A program made the position numbers and the translations under genes. A DNA stretch of 64,000 nt. Source: Mustelus asterias. Its lineage: Eukaryota. Location of the stretch: positions 1,612,001-1,676,000 of the forward strand of contig NC_135815.1 in the NCBI RefSeq assembly GCF_964213995.1, written 5' to 3'. Below are positions 51,483 through 62,246 of this stretch, one piece after another (positions within the stretch are counted from its first letter, which is position 1; each line of letters begins with the position of its first letter). Below the pieces are notes generated by a model. That model did not search any database and was not told the DNA's origin. It saw nothing but the letters and a program-made list of their open reading frames with translations.

Positions 51483-51617
51483 AGAGTCGTTGTTTCCTAA
51501 CGCGAGCTCGTCTGATCCACAAGAGGAGGATGGCTCCAGCAATGAGAAAAGCTCCCAGCGCAACCCCCAGACTGATCCAGACAACTCTCAGCTCTCCATT
51601 CACCCCCACGTCCAATG
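51483..51617 (-). CDS. Transmembrane exon of the VJ receptor gene
   Basis: Acceptor ctctctgttacAG and donor GTAGGT, 135 nt, phase 1/1, 124-nt intron after VJ exon B. Translates (T)LDVGVNGELRVVWISLGVALGAFLIAGAILLLWIRRARVRKQRL: a 24-aa hydrophobic stretch followed by a basic stop-transfer cluster. Confidence 0.9.
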
Positions 51618-51741
51618 CTGTAACAGAGAGAGGGCCGTGTAAAGACTCACAGAATAAAACTGCTGGATATCTTCCAGCTCAATTGCACTAAATGATGTCC
51701 GATGTAGATCACAGCCTTCTTACAATGTAAACTGGACTTAC

Positions 51742-52086
51742 TGGTTACATTCAGCTGTGTCCCGTTCCCACTGATATCTCCCCACACTGAGCAGTAATAG
51801 ACGGCCGTGTCACTGGGCTGCACCATGGTGATTGTCAGAATGAAGCTGTTATTGGAGGTGTCTCTGGAAGGCTGGAAACGCTCAGTGAAACCTGGGCTCC
51901 GGTGTGTGTGATTCCCTGTATCCTGTGTTAAAACTCTCTCCCTATCTTTCCCAGGTAGCTCCCGGTGCCAGTGAACATCAGTGTCTGTCACTGCAGCTTT
52001 CCCCATGGTGCACTGTAACCGTGCAGTCTGACCCTCTGTGACACGTTCCACACTCGGAGACTGGGTAAGGACTGGAACATTCGCAC
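51742..52086 (-). CDS. Germline-joined VJ-type V-domain exon (copy B) of a membrane receptor gene
   Basis: Acceptor ttttaaAG (52088-52087) and donor GTAAGT (51741-51736), phase 1/1, 345 nt. Reads ANVPVLTQSP...LQC...VHWHRE...DTAVYYCSVWGDISGNGTQLNVT. Confidence 0.92.
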
Positions 52087-52140
52087 CTTTAAAAAGAGGA
52101 AAATATCAACAATTTAAAAACCAGTCTGGAGGTTACAAAG

Positions 52141-52271
52141 GATTGGCCGGAATTTTACCGACACGCCTGCCCCGATTCCGGGGGCGGGTGAGGCTCGGAG
52201 AACAGCACTCTCCATTGGCCTCGGGCGGGTTGGTACCAAACTCGGGCGGATGTGCCAGTAAAATTCCGCCC
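52141..52271. mobile_element. MITE, about 130 bp, in the intron 55 nt upstream of VJ exon B
   Basis: Imperfect terminal inverted repeats ggccggaattttacc / gtaaaattccgccc; absent from paralogous block A (empty site near 2660). Confidence 0.75.
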
Positions 52272-52735
52272 GTTGTGTTTACAGGAAAAGGCCAAACAGC
52301 AGAATTTAGATGTTAAACAGAGACAGAAGATTATAAAACTGACTGGTTATGAAAGTTTGTTATTGATTTAGATAACAACAACTTTTATTTATGTAGCACC
52401 TTTAACAAAATGAAACATCCCAAGGTGCTGCATTGGAACCACATGAGGAGATGTCAGGTCATGTGACAAAGAGGCTTGGTCAAAGGTGAGGGTCAGAGAC
52501 TCATAGAGGTTTACAGCATGGAAACAGGCCCTTCGGCCCAACTTGTCCATGCTGCCCTTTTTTTAAAATCCCTAAGCGAATCCCAATTGCCCGCATTATG
52601 GCCCATATCCCTCCATACCCATCATACCCATGTAACTGTCTAAATGCTTCTTAAAAGACAAAATTGTACCCGCCTCTACTACTACCTCTGGCAGCTTGTT
52701 CCAGACACTCACCATCCTCTGGGTGAAAAAATTGC

Positions 52736-53089
52736 AGTAAGAAGTTTAACAACACCAGGTTAAAGTCCAACAGTGAAACTGGCTGTCTTGTCTGGAGACA
52801 ATACACATCTTTTTAGCCTGTCTTGATGCTCTCTCCACTCCCATTGTTTTGTTTCTTAAAGACTTGATTAGTTGTAAGTATTCGCATTCCAACCATTATT
52901 CATGTAAATTGAGTCTGCGTCTTTATAAACTCTGTTTGTGAACAGAATTCCCACTCACCTGAAGAAGGGGCTTAGAGCTTCGAAAGCTTGTGTGGCTTTT
53001 GCTACCAAATAAACCTGTTGGACTTTAACCTGGTGTTGTTAAACTTCTTACTGTGTTTACCCCAGTCCAACGCCGGCATCTCCACATCA
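52736..53089 (+). mobile_element. Penelope pseudo-LTR fragment with a short inverted 5' piece, inserted in a CR1
   Basis: Duplication TGAAAAAATTGC at 52724-52735 and 53090-53101; the first ~38 nt are an inverted copy of about 53016-53054; empty site in block A near 2200. Confidence 0.85.
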
Positions 53090-54177
53090 TGAAAAAATTG
53101 CCCCTCTGGAACCTTTTGTATCTCTCCCCTCTCACCTTAAACCGATGCCATGTAGTTTTAGACTCCCCTCCCTTTGGGAAAAGATATTGACTATCTACCT
53201 TGTCTATGCCCCTCATTATTTTATAGACCTCTATAAGGTCCGAAGAATTGTCTCAAAGGAGGAGAGAGGCAGGGTGTGGTGAGGAGTAGCGTAGTGAGGG
53301 AATTCCCGAGACTAGGACACAGGCGACTCAAGGCACAGCTACCAATGGTAGTGATTCATCTCAGAGAGACATCAGAGGCCAATCAGAGGAGTGTAGGTAT
53401 ATTGGAGGGCTGTGGGATTGGAGGAGATTCCAGAGATAGGGAGGGTCATGGCCATGGAAGGATTGGAAAACAAGGATCAGAATTTTTAAATTTTGCTTGG
53501 ATAGGGAGTTCAGGGTGATCTGAAACGGGACTTGTTGGAGTTAAGACCCCTGCAGCAGTATTTGGGATGCCCTCAAATCATTTGACCCATTGTGCCTGGA
53601 CTGACATTTTCCAGATCAATTATTCCCATTATCACTTCCAGCAAGCGTCGTGTCTGCGTGGGTTTCCTCCGGGTGCTCCAGTTTCTTCCTACAGTCCAAA
53701 GATGTGCTGGTTAGGGTGCATTGGCCGTGCTAAATTGCCCCCTTAGTGTCCTGGACTGCGTAGGTTAGAGGAATTGGCAGGGTAAATATGTGGGATTGCT
53801 GGGTGGGATTGTTGTTGGTGTGGACTCGATGGGCTGAATGGCCTCCTTCTGCACTGTAGGGTTTCTATGTGAGCCCTTGGCACATCATAACATTCAGGGC
53901 AATGGGCCAAGTGCTGGCAGATGGGATTAGGTGGGAGTTCAGGTGTTTCTAATGTGTCAGTGCAGACTCGATGGGCTGAACGTCCTCTTCTGCGCTGTAT
54001 GATTCTAGTTATTTATTATTCGCCGATGTTTTTCCAAGTGACAATTCCTTTTTGTCCTCATTTCTGATCTCCAGAGTTGGATATATTTTGGGGCAAGGGG
54101 ATTCAGGGGGAACCTGGGACCTCAGTGGCACCAGTAAGACTCAGAGAAACAGCAGGCAGGGTGGGATTGCTAATCAG

Positions 54178-55605
54178 AGGGTCTGGTGGACTGAAGTGCA
54201 TTTGTTTCAATGTGAGAAGTGTAACAGGTAAGGCAGGTGAACTTAGAGCTTGGATTAGTACTCGGAACTATGATGTTGTTGCCATTACAGAGACTTGGTG
54301 AAGGGAAGGACAGGATTGGCAGCTTAACGTTCCAGGATACAGATGTTTCAGGTGGGATAGAGGGGAATGTCAAAGGGGTGGGGGAGTTGCACTACTGGTT
54401 AAGGAGAATATCACAGCTGTACTCTGGGGGAACACCTCGGAGGGCTCATACAGCGAGGTAATATAGATAGAGCTCAGGAATAGGAAAGGTGTAGTCACAA
54501 TGTTGGGGGTTTACTATAGGCCTCCCAACAGCCAGCGGGAGATTGAGGAACAGATATGTAGGCAGATTTTGGCAAGTTTTTAAACTAACAGGGTTGTTGC
54601 GGTGGGAGATTTCAATTTCCCCTATATTGACTGGGACTCACTTAGTGCTAGGGGCGTGGATGGGGCAGAGTTTGTAAGGAGCATCCAGGAGGGCTTCCTG
54701 AAACAGTATGTAGATAGTGCAACTAGGGAAGGGGTCATACTGGACCTGGTATGGGGGAATGAGCCCAGCCAGGTGGTCAATGTTTCAGTCAGGGAGCAGT
54801 TCGGGAACAGTGACCACAATTCAGTAAGCTTTAAGGTACTGATGGATAAAGAACGTGTAGTCCTCAAGTTCAGGTGCTAAATTGGGGGAAGGCTAATTAC
54901 AACAATATTAGGCAGGAACTGAAGAATGTAGATTGGGGGCAGATGTTTGAGGGCAAATCAACATCTGGCATGTGGGAGGCTTTCAAGTGTAAGTTGATAG
55001 GGATTCAGGACCGGCACATTCCTGTAAGGGTGAAGGATAAGTATGGCAGGTTATGGGAACCTTGGATAACGAGAGATATTGTGAGCCTAGTCAAAGAGAA
55101 AAAGGAAGCATTTGTCAAAGCTAGGAGACTGGGAACACACGAAGCAAGTGTGGAATACAAGGAAAGTAGAAAGAAACTTAAGCAAGGAGTAAGGAGGGCT
55201 AAAAGGGGTAATGAAAAAGCATTGGCCAGCAGGATTAAGGAAAATCCCAAGGCTTTTTATACACATATAAAGAGCAAGAGGGTAGCCAGGGAGAGGGTTG
55301 GCCACTCAAGGACAGGGGAGAGAATCTATGTGTGGAGCCAGAGGAAATGCGCGAGGTATTAAATGATACTTTGCATCAGTATTCACCAAAGAGAAGGACT
55401 TGGTGGATGATGAGTCTGGGAAAGGATGTGGAGATAGTTTGAGTCATGTTGAGATAAAAAAGGAGGAGGTATTAGGGTTCTTGAGAAACATTAAGGTAGA
55501 CAAGTCCCCAGGGCCTGATGGGATATACCCCAGAATACTGAGAGAGGCAAGGGAGGAACTTGCGAGAGCCTTGAGAGAAATCTTTGCATGCTCACTGGCT
55601 CCCAG
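54178..55605 (+). mobile_element. CR1 ORF2 5' part (endonuclease and linker), degenerate
   Basis: ORFs 54077, 54602, 54874 and 55400, with GDFNFP, SDHN, KENPKAFY and KSPGPDGIYPRIL. Confidence 0.88.
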
Positions 55606-55608
55606 GGA

Positions 55609-57360
55609 GGTAAACACAGTAAGACGTTTAACAACACCAGGTTAAAGTCCAACAGGTTTATTTGGTAGCAAAAGCCACACAAGCTTTCGGAGCTGCAAGC
55701 CCCTTCTTCAGGTGAGTGGGAATTCTGTTCACAAACAGAGCATATAAAGACACAAACTCAATTTACATGAATAATGGTTGGAATGCGAATACTTACAACT
55801 AATCAAGTCTTTAAGAAACAAAACAGCATGAGTGGAGAGAGCATCAAGACAGGCTAAAAAGATGTGTATTGTCTCCAGACAAGACAGCTAGTGAAACTCT
55901 GTGGGGGTTACAAATAGTGTGACATGAACCCAATATCCCGGTTGAGGCCGTCCTCGTGTGTGCGGAACTTGGCTATCAGTTTCTGCTCAGCGACTCTGCG
56001 CCGTCGTGTGTCGCGAAGGCCACCTTGGAGAATGCTTACCCGAATATCAGAGGCCGAATGCCCGTGATCGCTGAAGTGCTCCCCAACAGGAAGAGAACAG
56101 TCTTGCCTGGTGATTGTCGAGCGGTGTTCATTCATCCGTTGTTGCAGCGTCTGCATAGTTTCCCCAATGTATCATGCCTCGGGACATCCTTTCTTGCAGC
56201 GTATCAGGTAGACAACGTTGGCCGAGTTGCAAGAGTATGTACCGTGTACCTGGTGGATGGTGTTCTCACGTGAGATGATGGCATCTGTGTCGATGATCCG
56301 GCACGTCTTGCTGTGGCAGGGTTGTGTGGTGTCATGGTCACTGTTCTCCTGAAGGCTGGGTAGTTTGCTGCGGACAATGGTCTGTTTGAGGTTGTGCGGT
56401 TGTTTGAAGGCAAGAAGTCGGGGTGTGGGGATGGCCTTGGCGAGATGTTCGTCTTCATCAATGACATGTTGAAGGCTCCGGAGGAGATGCCGTAGCTTCT
56501 CCGCTCCGGGGAAGTACTGGACAACGAAGGGTACTCTGTCCACTGTGTCCCGTGTTTGTCTTCTGAGGAGGTCGGTGCGGTTTTTCGCTGTGGCGCGTTG
56601 GAACTGTTGATCAATGAGTCGAGCGCCATATCCTGTTCTTATGAGGGCATCTTTCAGCGTCTGGAGGTGTCTGTTGCGATCCTCCTCATCCGAGCAGATC
56701 CTGTGTATACGGAGCGCTTGTCCGTAGGGGATGGCTTCTTTAACGTGTTTAGGGTGGAAGCTGGAGAAGTGGAGCATCGTGAGGTTATCCGCGGGCTTAC
56801 GGTACAGTGAGGTGCTGAGGTGACCGTCCTTAATGGAGATGCGTGTGTCCAAGAATGCAACCGATTCCGGAGAGTAGTCCATGGTGAGTCTGATGGTGGG
56901 ATGGAACTTGTTGATGTCATCATAGAGTTGTTTCAGTGATTGTCCATCATGAGACCAAAGGAAGAAAATGTCATCGATGTATCTAGTGTATAGCATCGGT
57001 TGAAGGTCCTGTGCTGTGAAGAAGTCTTGTTCGAACCTGTGCATGAAGATGTTGGCATATTGAGGTGCGAATTTGGTCCCCATGGCTGTTCCGTGTGTCT
57101 GGATGAAGAACTGGTTGTTGAAGGTGAAGATATTGTGGTCCAGGATGAAGCGGATGAGATGTAAAATTGCATCTGGAAACTGGCAGTTGTTGGCGCTGAG
57201 CACTGAGGCCGTTGCAGCAATGCCATCGCCGTGGGGGATGCTGATGTAGAGTGCCGAGACATCCATTGTGACGAGGAGCGCTCCTGGTTCAACTGCTCCA
57301 TGTGTGCCGAGTTTCTGTAGGAAGTCCGTCGTGTTGCGACAAAAGCTGGGGGTTCTTTGA
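55609..57360 (-). mobile_element. Penelope-like retroelement (RT plus GIY-YIG), 5'-truncated, premature stop
   Basis: MDVSALY, GTAMGTKFAPQYAN, RYIDDIF, LYRKP, NVVYLIRC; followed by a pseudo-LTR. Confidence 0.92.
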
Positions 57361-58730
57361 CATCGATGACATTTTCTTCCTTTGGACTCATGGTGAACAA
57401 TCACTGAAACAACTCTATGATGATATCACCAAGTTCCATCCCACCATCAGACTCACCATAGACTACTCTCCGGAATCGGTTGCATTCTTGGACACACGCA
57501 TCTCCATTAAGGACGGTCACCTCAGCACCTCACTGTACCGCAAGCCCACAGATAACCTCACGACGCTCCACTTCTCCAGCTTCCACCCTAAACACGTTAA
57601 AGAAGCCATCCCCTACGGACAAGCCCTCCGTATTCACAGGATCTGCTCGGATGAGGAGGATCGCAACAGACACCTCCAGACGCTGAAAGACGCCCTCATA
57701 AGAACAGGATATGGCGCTCGACTCATTGATCAACAGTTCCAACGCGCCACAGCGAAAAACCGCACCGACCTCCTCAGAAGACAAACACGGGACACGGTGG
57801 ACAGAGTACCCTTCGTCGTCCAGTACTTCCCCGGAGCGGAGAAGCTACGGCATATCCTCCGGCGCCTTCAACATGTCATTGATGAAGACAAACATCTCGC
57901 CAAGGCCATCCCCACACCCGCACTTCTTGCCTTCAAACAACCGCACAACCTCAAACAGACCATTGTCCGCAGCAAACTACCCAGCCTTCAGGAGAACAGT
58001 GACCAAGACACCACACAACCCTGCCACAGCAACCTCTGCAAGACGTGCCGGATCATCGACACAGATGCCATCATCTCACGTGAGAACACCATCCATCAGG
58101 TACACGGTACATACTCTTGCAGCTCGGCCAACGTTGTCTACCTGATACGCTGCAGGAAAGGATGTCCCGAGGCATGGTACATTGGGGAAACTATGCAGAC
58201 GCTGCGACAACGGATGAATGAACACCGCTCGACAATCACCAGGCAAGACTGTTCTCTTCCTGTTGGGGAGCACTTCAGCGGTCACAGGCATTCGGCCTCT
58301 GATATTCGGGTAAGCGTTCTCCAAGGCGGCCTTTGCGACACACGACGGCGCAGAGTCGCTGAACAGAAACTGATAGCCAAGTTCCGCACACACGAGGACG
58401 GCCTCAACCGGGATATTGGGTTCATGTCACACTATTTGTAACCCCCACAGAGTCTCACTGGCTGTCTTGTCTGGAGACAATACACATCTTTTTAGCCTGT
58501 CTTGATGCTCTCTCCACTCATGCTGTTTTGTTTCTTAAAGACTTGATTAGTTGTAAGTATTCGCATTCCAACCATTATTCATGTAAATTGAGTTTGTGTC
58601 TTTATATGCTCTGTTTGTGAACAGAATTCCCACTCACCTGAAGAAGGGGCTTGCAGCTCCGAAAGCTTGTGTGGCTTTTGCTACCAAATAAACCTGTTGG
58701 ACTTTAACCTGGTGTTGTTAAACTTCTTAC
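57360..58730 (+). mobile_element. Penelope-like retroelement, inverted partner; open from IDD to the stop at 58441
   Basis: IDDIFFLW...NVVYLIRC...WYIGET...RMNEH...GLN (GIY-YIG); pseudo-LTR to 58730. Confidence 0.92.
58635..58671 (+). ncRNA. Minimal hammerhead-ribozyme-like motif in the Penelope pseudo-LTR (also 5246-5280 +, about 52956-52992 +, about 55678-55714 -, about 43120-43154 -)
   Basis: CAC-CTGAAGA-A-GGGGC/TTGCA/GCTCC-GAAA-GCTT-GTG: CUGANGA and GAAA boxes, stem II, palindromic AAGCTT and CAC/GTG closure. Confidence 0.6.
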
Positions 58731-59094
58731 AAGGAGATTGGTCAGCAGAGGGAGGTCAGAAATGGGGTATTGAAGGGTCCTGGGAAGGTACTGCTCCTTT
58801 TCTGGGCCCACAAGGAGTGCTGAAGAAGTATTTACCCTGCGGCGTTGGAAGTTCTTGGCTTCCTTTCACTGCCAAATTCCCCGACCCCTGGGAAACCCAA
58901 GCAGTCATTTTTAAATCAAAACAGCAGATGCTGGAAATACTGAACTGGTCGGACAGGATTTAAGGAGAGGGAAAATATTCCAGGGTGGTGACCCTTTGCA
59001 ATTAGAAACTGGGTCTGTTTGATTTAAGTTTAGTATTAAGCATCCTGCCGTTCCCCTTTGGGAAGCCTAAACACCCCATTATCCCCCACCACCA

Positions 59095-61065
59095 TCCATA
59101 AGACCATAATACACAGGAGCAGAATTAGGCCACTCGGCCCATCGAATCTGCTCCACCATTCAATCATGGCTGATTTTTTTCTTATCCCCATTCTCCTGCC
59201 TTTTCCCCATAACCCCTGCTCCCCTTATTAATCAAGAACCAATCTACCTCTGTCTTAAAGACACTCAATGACCCGGCCTCCACAGCCTTCTGCGACAAAG
59301 AGTTCCACAGATTCATCACTCTCTGGCTGAATAAATTCCTCCTCATCTTTGTTTTAAAGGATTGTCCCTTTAGCCTGAGTTTGTGCCCTCTAGTTGTAGT
59401 TTTTCCTACTCGTGAAAACATCCTCTCCACATCCACTCTATCCAGGCCTCGCAATATCCTGTAAGTTTCAATAAGATCCCCCCTCATCCTTCTAAACTCC
59501 AACGGGTACAGACACAAAGTCCTCAACTGTTCCTTATACGACAAGCTCTTCATTCTAGGGATCATTCTTTGAACCTCTCTGGACTCTTTCCAAACCAGCA
59601 CATCCTTCCTTAGATACGGGGTCCAAAACTGCTCACAATACTCCAAATGGAGTCTGACCAGAGCTTTATACAGCCTCAGAAGTACATCCCTGCTCTTGTA
59701 TTCTAGCCCTCTCCACATGATTGCCAACATTGCATTTGCTTTTCTAACTGCCGACTGAATCTGCACGTTAACCTCAAGAGAATCTTGAACAAGACTCCCA
59801 AGTCCCTTTGTGCTCCTGATTTCCTAAGCATTTTCCCATTTAGAAAATAGTCTGTGCCTCCAATCCTCCTTCCAAAGTGCGTAACCTCACACTTTTCCAC
59901 ATTGTATTCCATCTGCCACTTCTTTGCTCACTCTCCTAACCTGTCCAAGTCCTTCTGTAGCCCCCCTGCTTCCGCAATACTACCTGTCCCTCTACATATC
60001 TTTGTATCATCTGCAAACTTAGCAACAGTGCCTTCAGTTCCTTCTTCCAAATCGTTAATGTATATTGTGAAAAGTTGTAGTCCCAGCACCGACCCCTGAG
60101 GCACATCACTAGTCCCTGGCTGCCATCCTGAAAAATACCCCTTTATCCCCACTCTCTGCCTTCTGCCAGTCAGCCAATCCTCTATCCATGCCAGGATCTT
60201 ACCCTTAACACCATGGGCTCTAAACTTATTTAACAGTCTCCTATGTGACACCTTGTCAAAGGCCTTCTGGAAATCTAAATAAATCACGCCCACTGGTTCT
60301 CCTTTATCTATCTTTCTTGTTACCTCCTCAAAGAACTCTAACAGATTTGTCAGACATGACCTCCCCTTGACGAAGCCGTGCTGACTCAGTCCTACTTTAT
60401 CATGCACTTCCAAGTACTCTGCGATCTCATCTTTAATAATGGAAGCTAAAATCTTGCCAATGACTGAAGTCAGGCTGACCGGCCTATAATTTCCCGTCTG
60501 CTGCCTCTCTCCCTTCTTAAACAGCGATGTTACATTAGCTATTTTCTGGTCCTCTGGTACCCTTCCTGCCTCCAGTGATTCCTGAAAGATCGCCACCAAT
60601 GCCTCCACAATTTCCTCAGCTATCTCTTTCAGAACCCTGGGGTGTAGTCCATCGGTTCAGGTGACTGATGCAAAGTAACTATTCAGTTCCTCTGCCATTG
60701 CTTTGTTTCCTATTATTGCTTCTCCAGCCTCATTTTCCAGTGGTCCAATGTCTATTTTTGCCTCTCTCTTACCTTTTAGATATTGAAAAAAACTCTTCCT
60801 ATTTTCTTTTATCTTATTAGCGAGCTTACACTCATATTTCATCTTCTCCCCCCATTATTGCTTTTTTAGTTGTTCTCTGCTCGCTTTTAAAGGCTTCCCA
60901 ATCCTCTGGCTTCCCACTAACCTTTGCCACTTTGTATGTTTTTTCTTTTGCTTTTATGCTGTCCTTGACTTCCCTCATCAGCCATGGATGCCTCATCCTC
61001 CCCATAGCATGTTTCCTCCTCCTTGGGATGAATTTCTGTTGTGCCTCCCGAATAATTCCCAACAA
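59095..61065 (-). mobile_element. Degenerate CR1 LINE (linker, RT and 3' tail)
   Basis: ORFs 60832, 60657, 59928, 59703 and 59182, with NYRPVSLTS, DFQKAFDKV and KFADDTK. Confidence 0.9.
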
Positions 61066-61271
61066 CTCTGTGTGGCATGTTAGCGCAATGTGCTTTTAAT
61101 AACCCACCTTTCCACTCATTGTGGATGATGAATATGCTCCAGTTTACTCAATATACTCTGATTATAATTCTGTTGTGCAAAAGGAGAAAATTATAAACTA
61201 GCTACTGAAACGAAATGATTGTAGAGTAACGTTATTTGGAATAAAAGCATTCTAACAGAGAAAATACTCAC

Positions 61272-61625
61272 TGGTCACATTCAGCCGGGTTCCACTTCCA
61301 AAGATATATCCCCAAATCCCACAGAGATAGACATTGGAGTCACTGAGCTGCACATCTCTGATGGTCAGATTGTAACTGTTACTGGTAACATCTCTGGAAA
61401 GCTGAAATCGCTCGGAGAATCCTTCTGAGTGGTAAAATCTGCCATCTGGAAAATGACTCAATAATATCTGACTCTTATTTTGCGGGTGGTACCAGTGTAC
61501 AGTATATTTCTCCACTCTGTAATTTACATTGCTGCTCTGCAAAGCACAATGTATCTGCACCGTTCCACCCTCCAACACCTTCACAACTCCTGGGGACTGA
61601 ATAAGAATCGGATTGGTCCCTAGAC
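61272..61625 (-). CDS. Divergent germline-joined VJ-type V-domain exon (copy C)
   Basis: Acceptor ttttttattcacAG and donor GTGAGT, phase 1/1, 354 nt. Reads LGTNPILIQSPGVVKVLEGGTVQIHC...VHWYHP...FSERFQLSRD...DSNVYLCGIWGYIFGSGTRLNVT with a canonical FGxG. Confidence 0.9.
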
Positions 61626-61685
61626 CTGTGAATAAAAAATTACTGAGATCAGAATAGGTGAGGCAGCGCAGAATATAATCACACA

Positions 61686-61850
61686 AAGATGTGCGGGTTA
61701 CATTAATTGGCCATGTTAAATTGCCACTTGGTGTCAGGGGGACTAGTAGGGTAAATACGTGGAGTTACGGGGATAGGGGCTGAGAGGGATTGTGATCAGT
61801 GCGGACTTGATGGGCCGAATGGACTCTTTCTGCATTGTAGGGATTCTATG
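61686..61850 (+). mobile_element. SINE 3' fragment (V-SINE/HE1 type)
   Basis: aaagatgtgcgggtt...ggccatgttaaattgcc...gatgggccgaatgg...tgtagggattctatga. Confidence 0.7.
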
Positions 61851-61887
61851 ACTGTTTGGGTCCCAGACAGAGACTGGAATATGTGTT

Positions 61888-62246
61888 GGGGGGGGGGGGG
61901 GGGGGAAGTGGGTGAGGCGGGGGGGGGGGGGGGGGGGGAGTGGGTGAGGCGGGGGGGGAGGGGGGGGAGTGGGTGAGGCGGGGGGGGGGGGGGAGTGGGT
62001 GAGGCGGGGGGGGAGTGGGTGAGGCGGGGGGGGGAGTGGGTGAGGCGGGGGGGGGAGTGGGTGAGGCGGGGGGGGAGTGGGTGAGGCGGGGGGGGGGGAG
62101 TGGGTGAGGCGGGGGGGGGAGTGGGTGAGGCGGGGGGGGGAGTGGGTGAGGCGGGGGGGGGGGAGTGGGTGAGGCGGGGGGGGGAGTGGGTGAGGCGGGG
62201 GGGGGGGGTGAGGCGGGGGGGGGGGGGGGGGGGCGTGAGGCGGGGA
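61888..62246. repeat. G-rich minisatellite, unit about 21 bp (gagtgggtgaggcggggggg)
   Basis: Visible tandem units; source of the Pro-rich ORFs 61743..62255 and 61846..62361. Confidence 0.9.

Larger units (their letters stand above)
51779..55293. repeat. Block A' (inverted partner of 1-3021), with two extra insertions
   Basis: Direct comparison with block A; MITE at 52141-52271 and Penelope fragment at 52736-53089 are absent from A. Confidence 0.9.
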
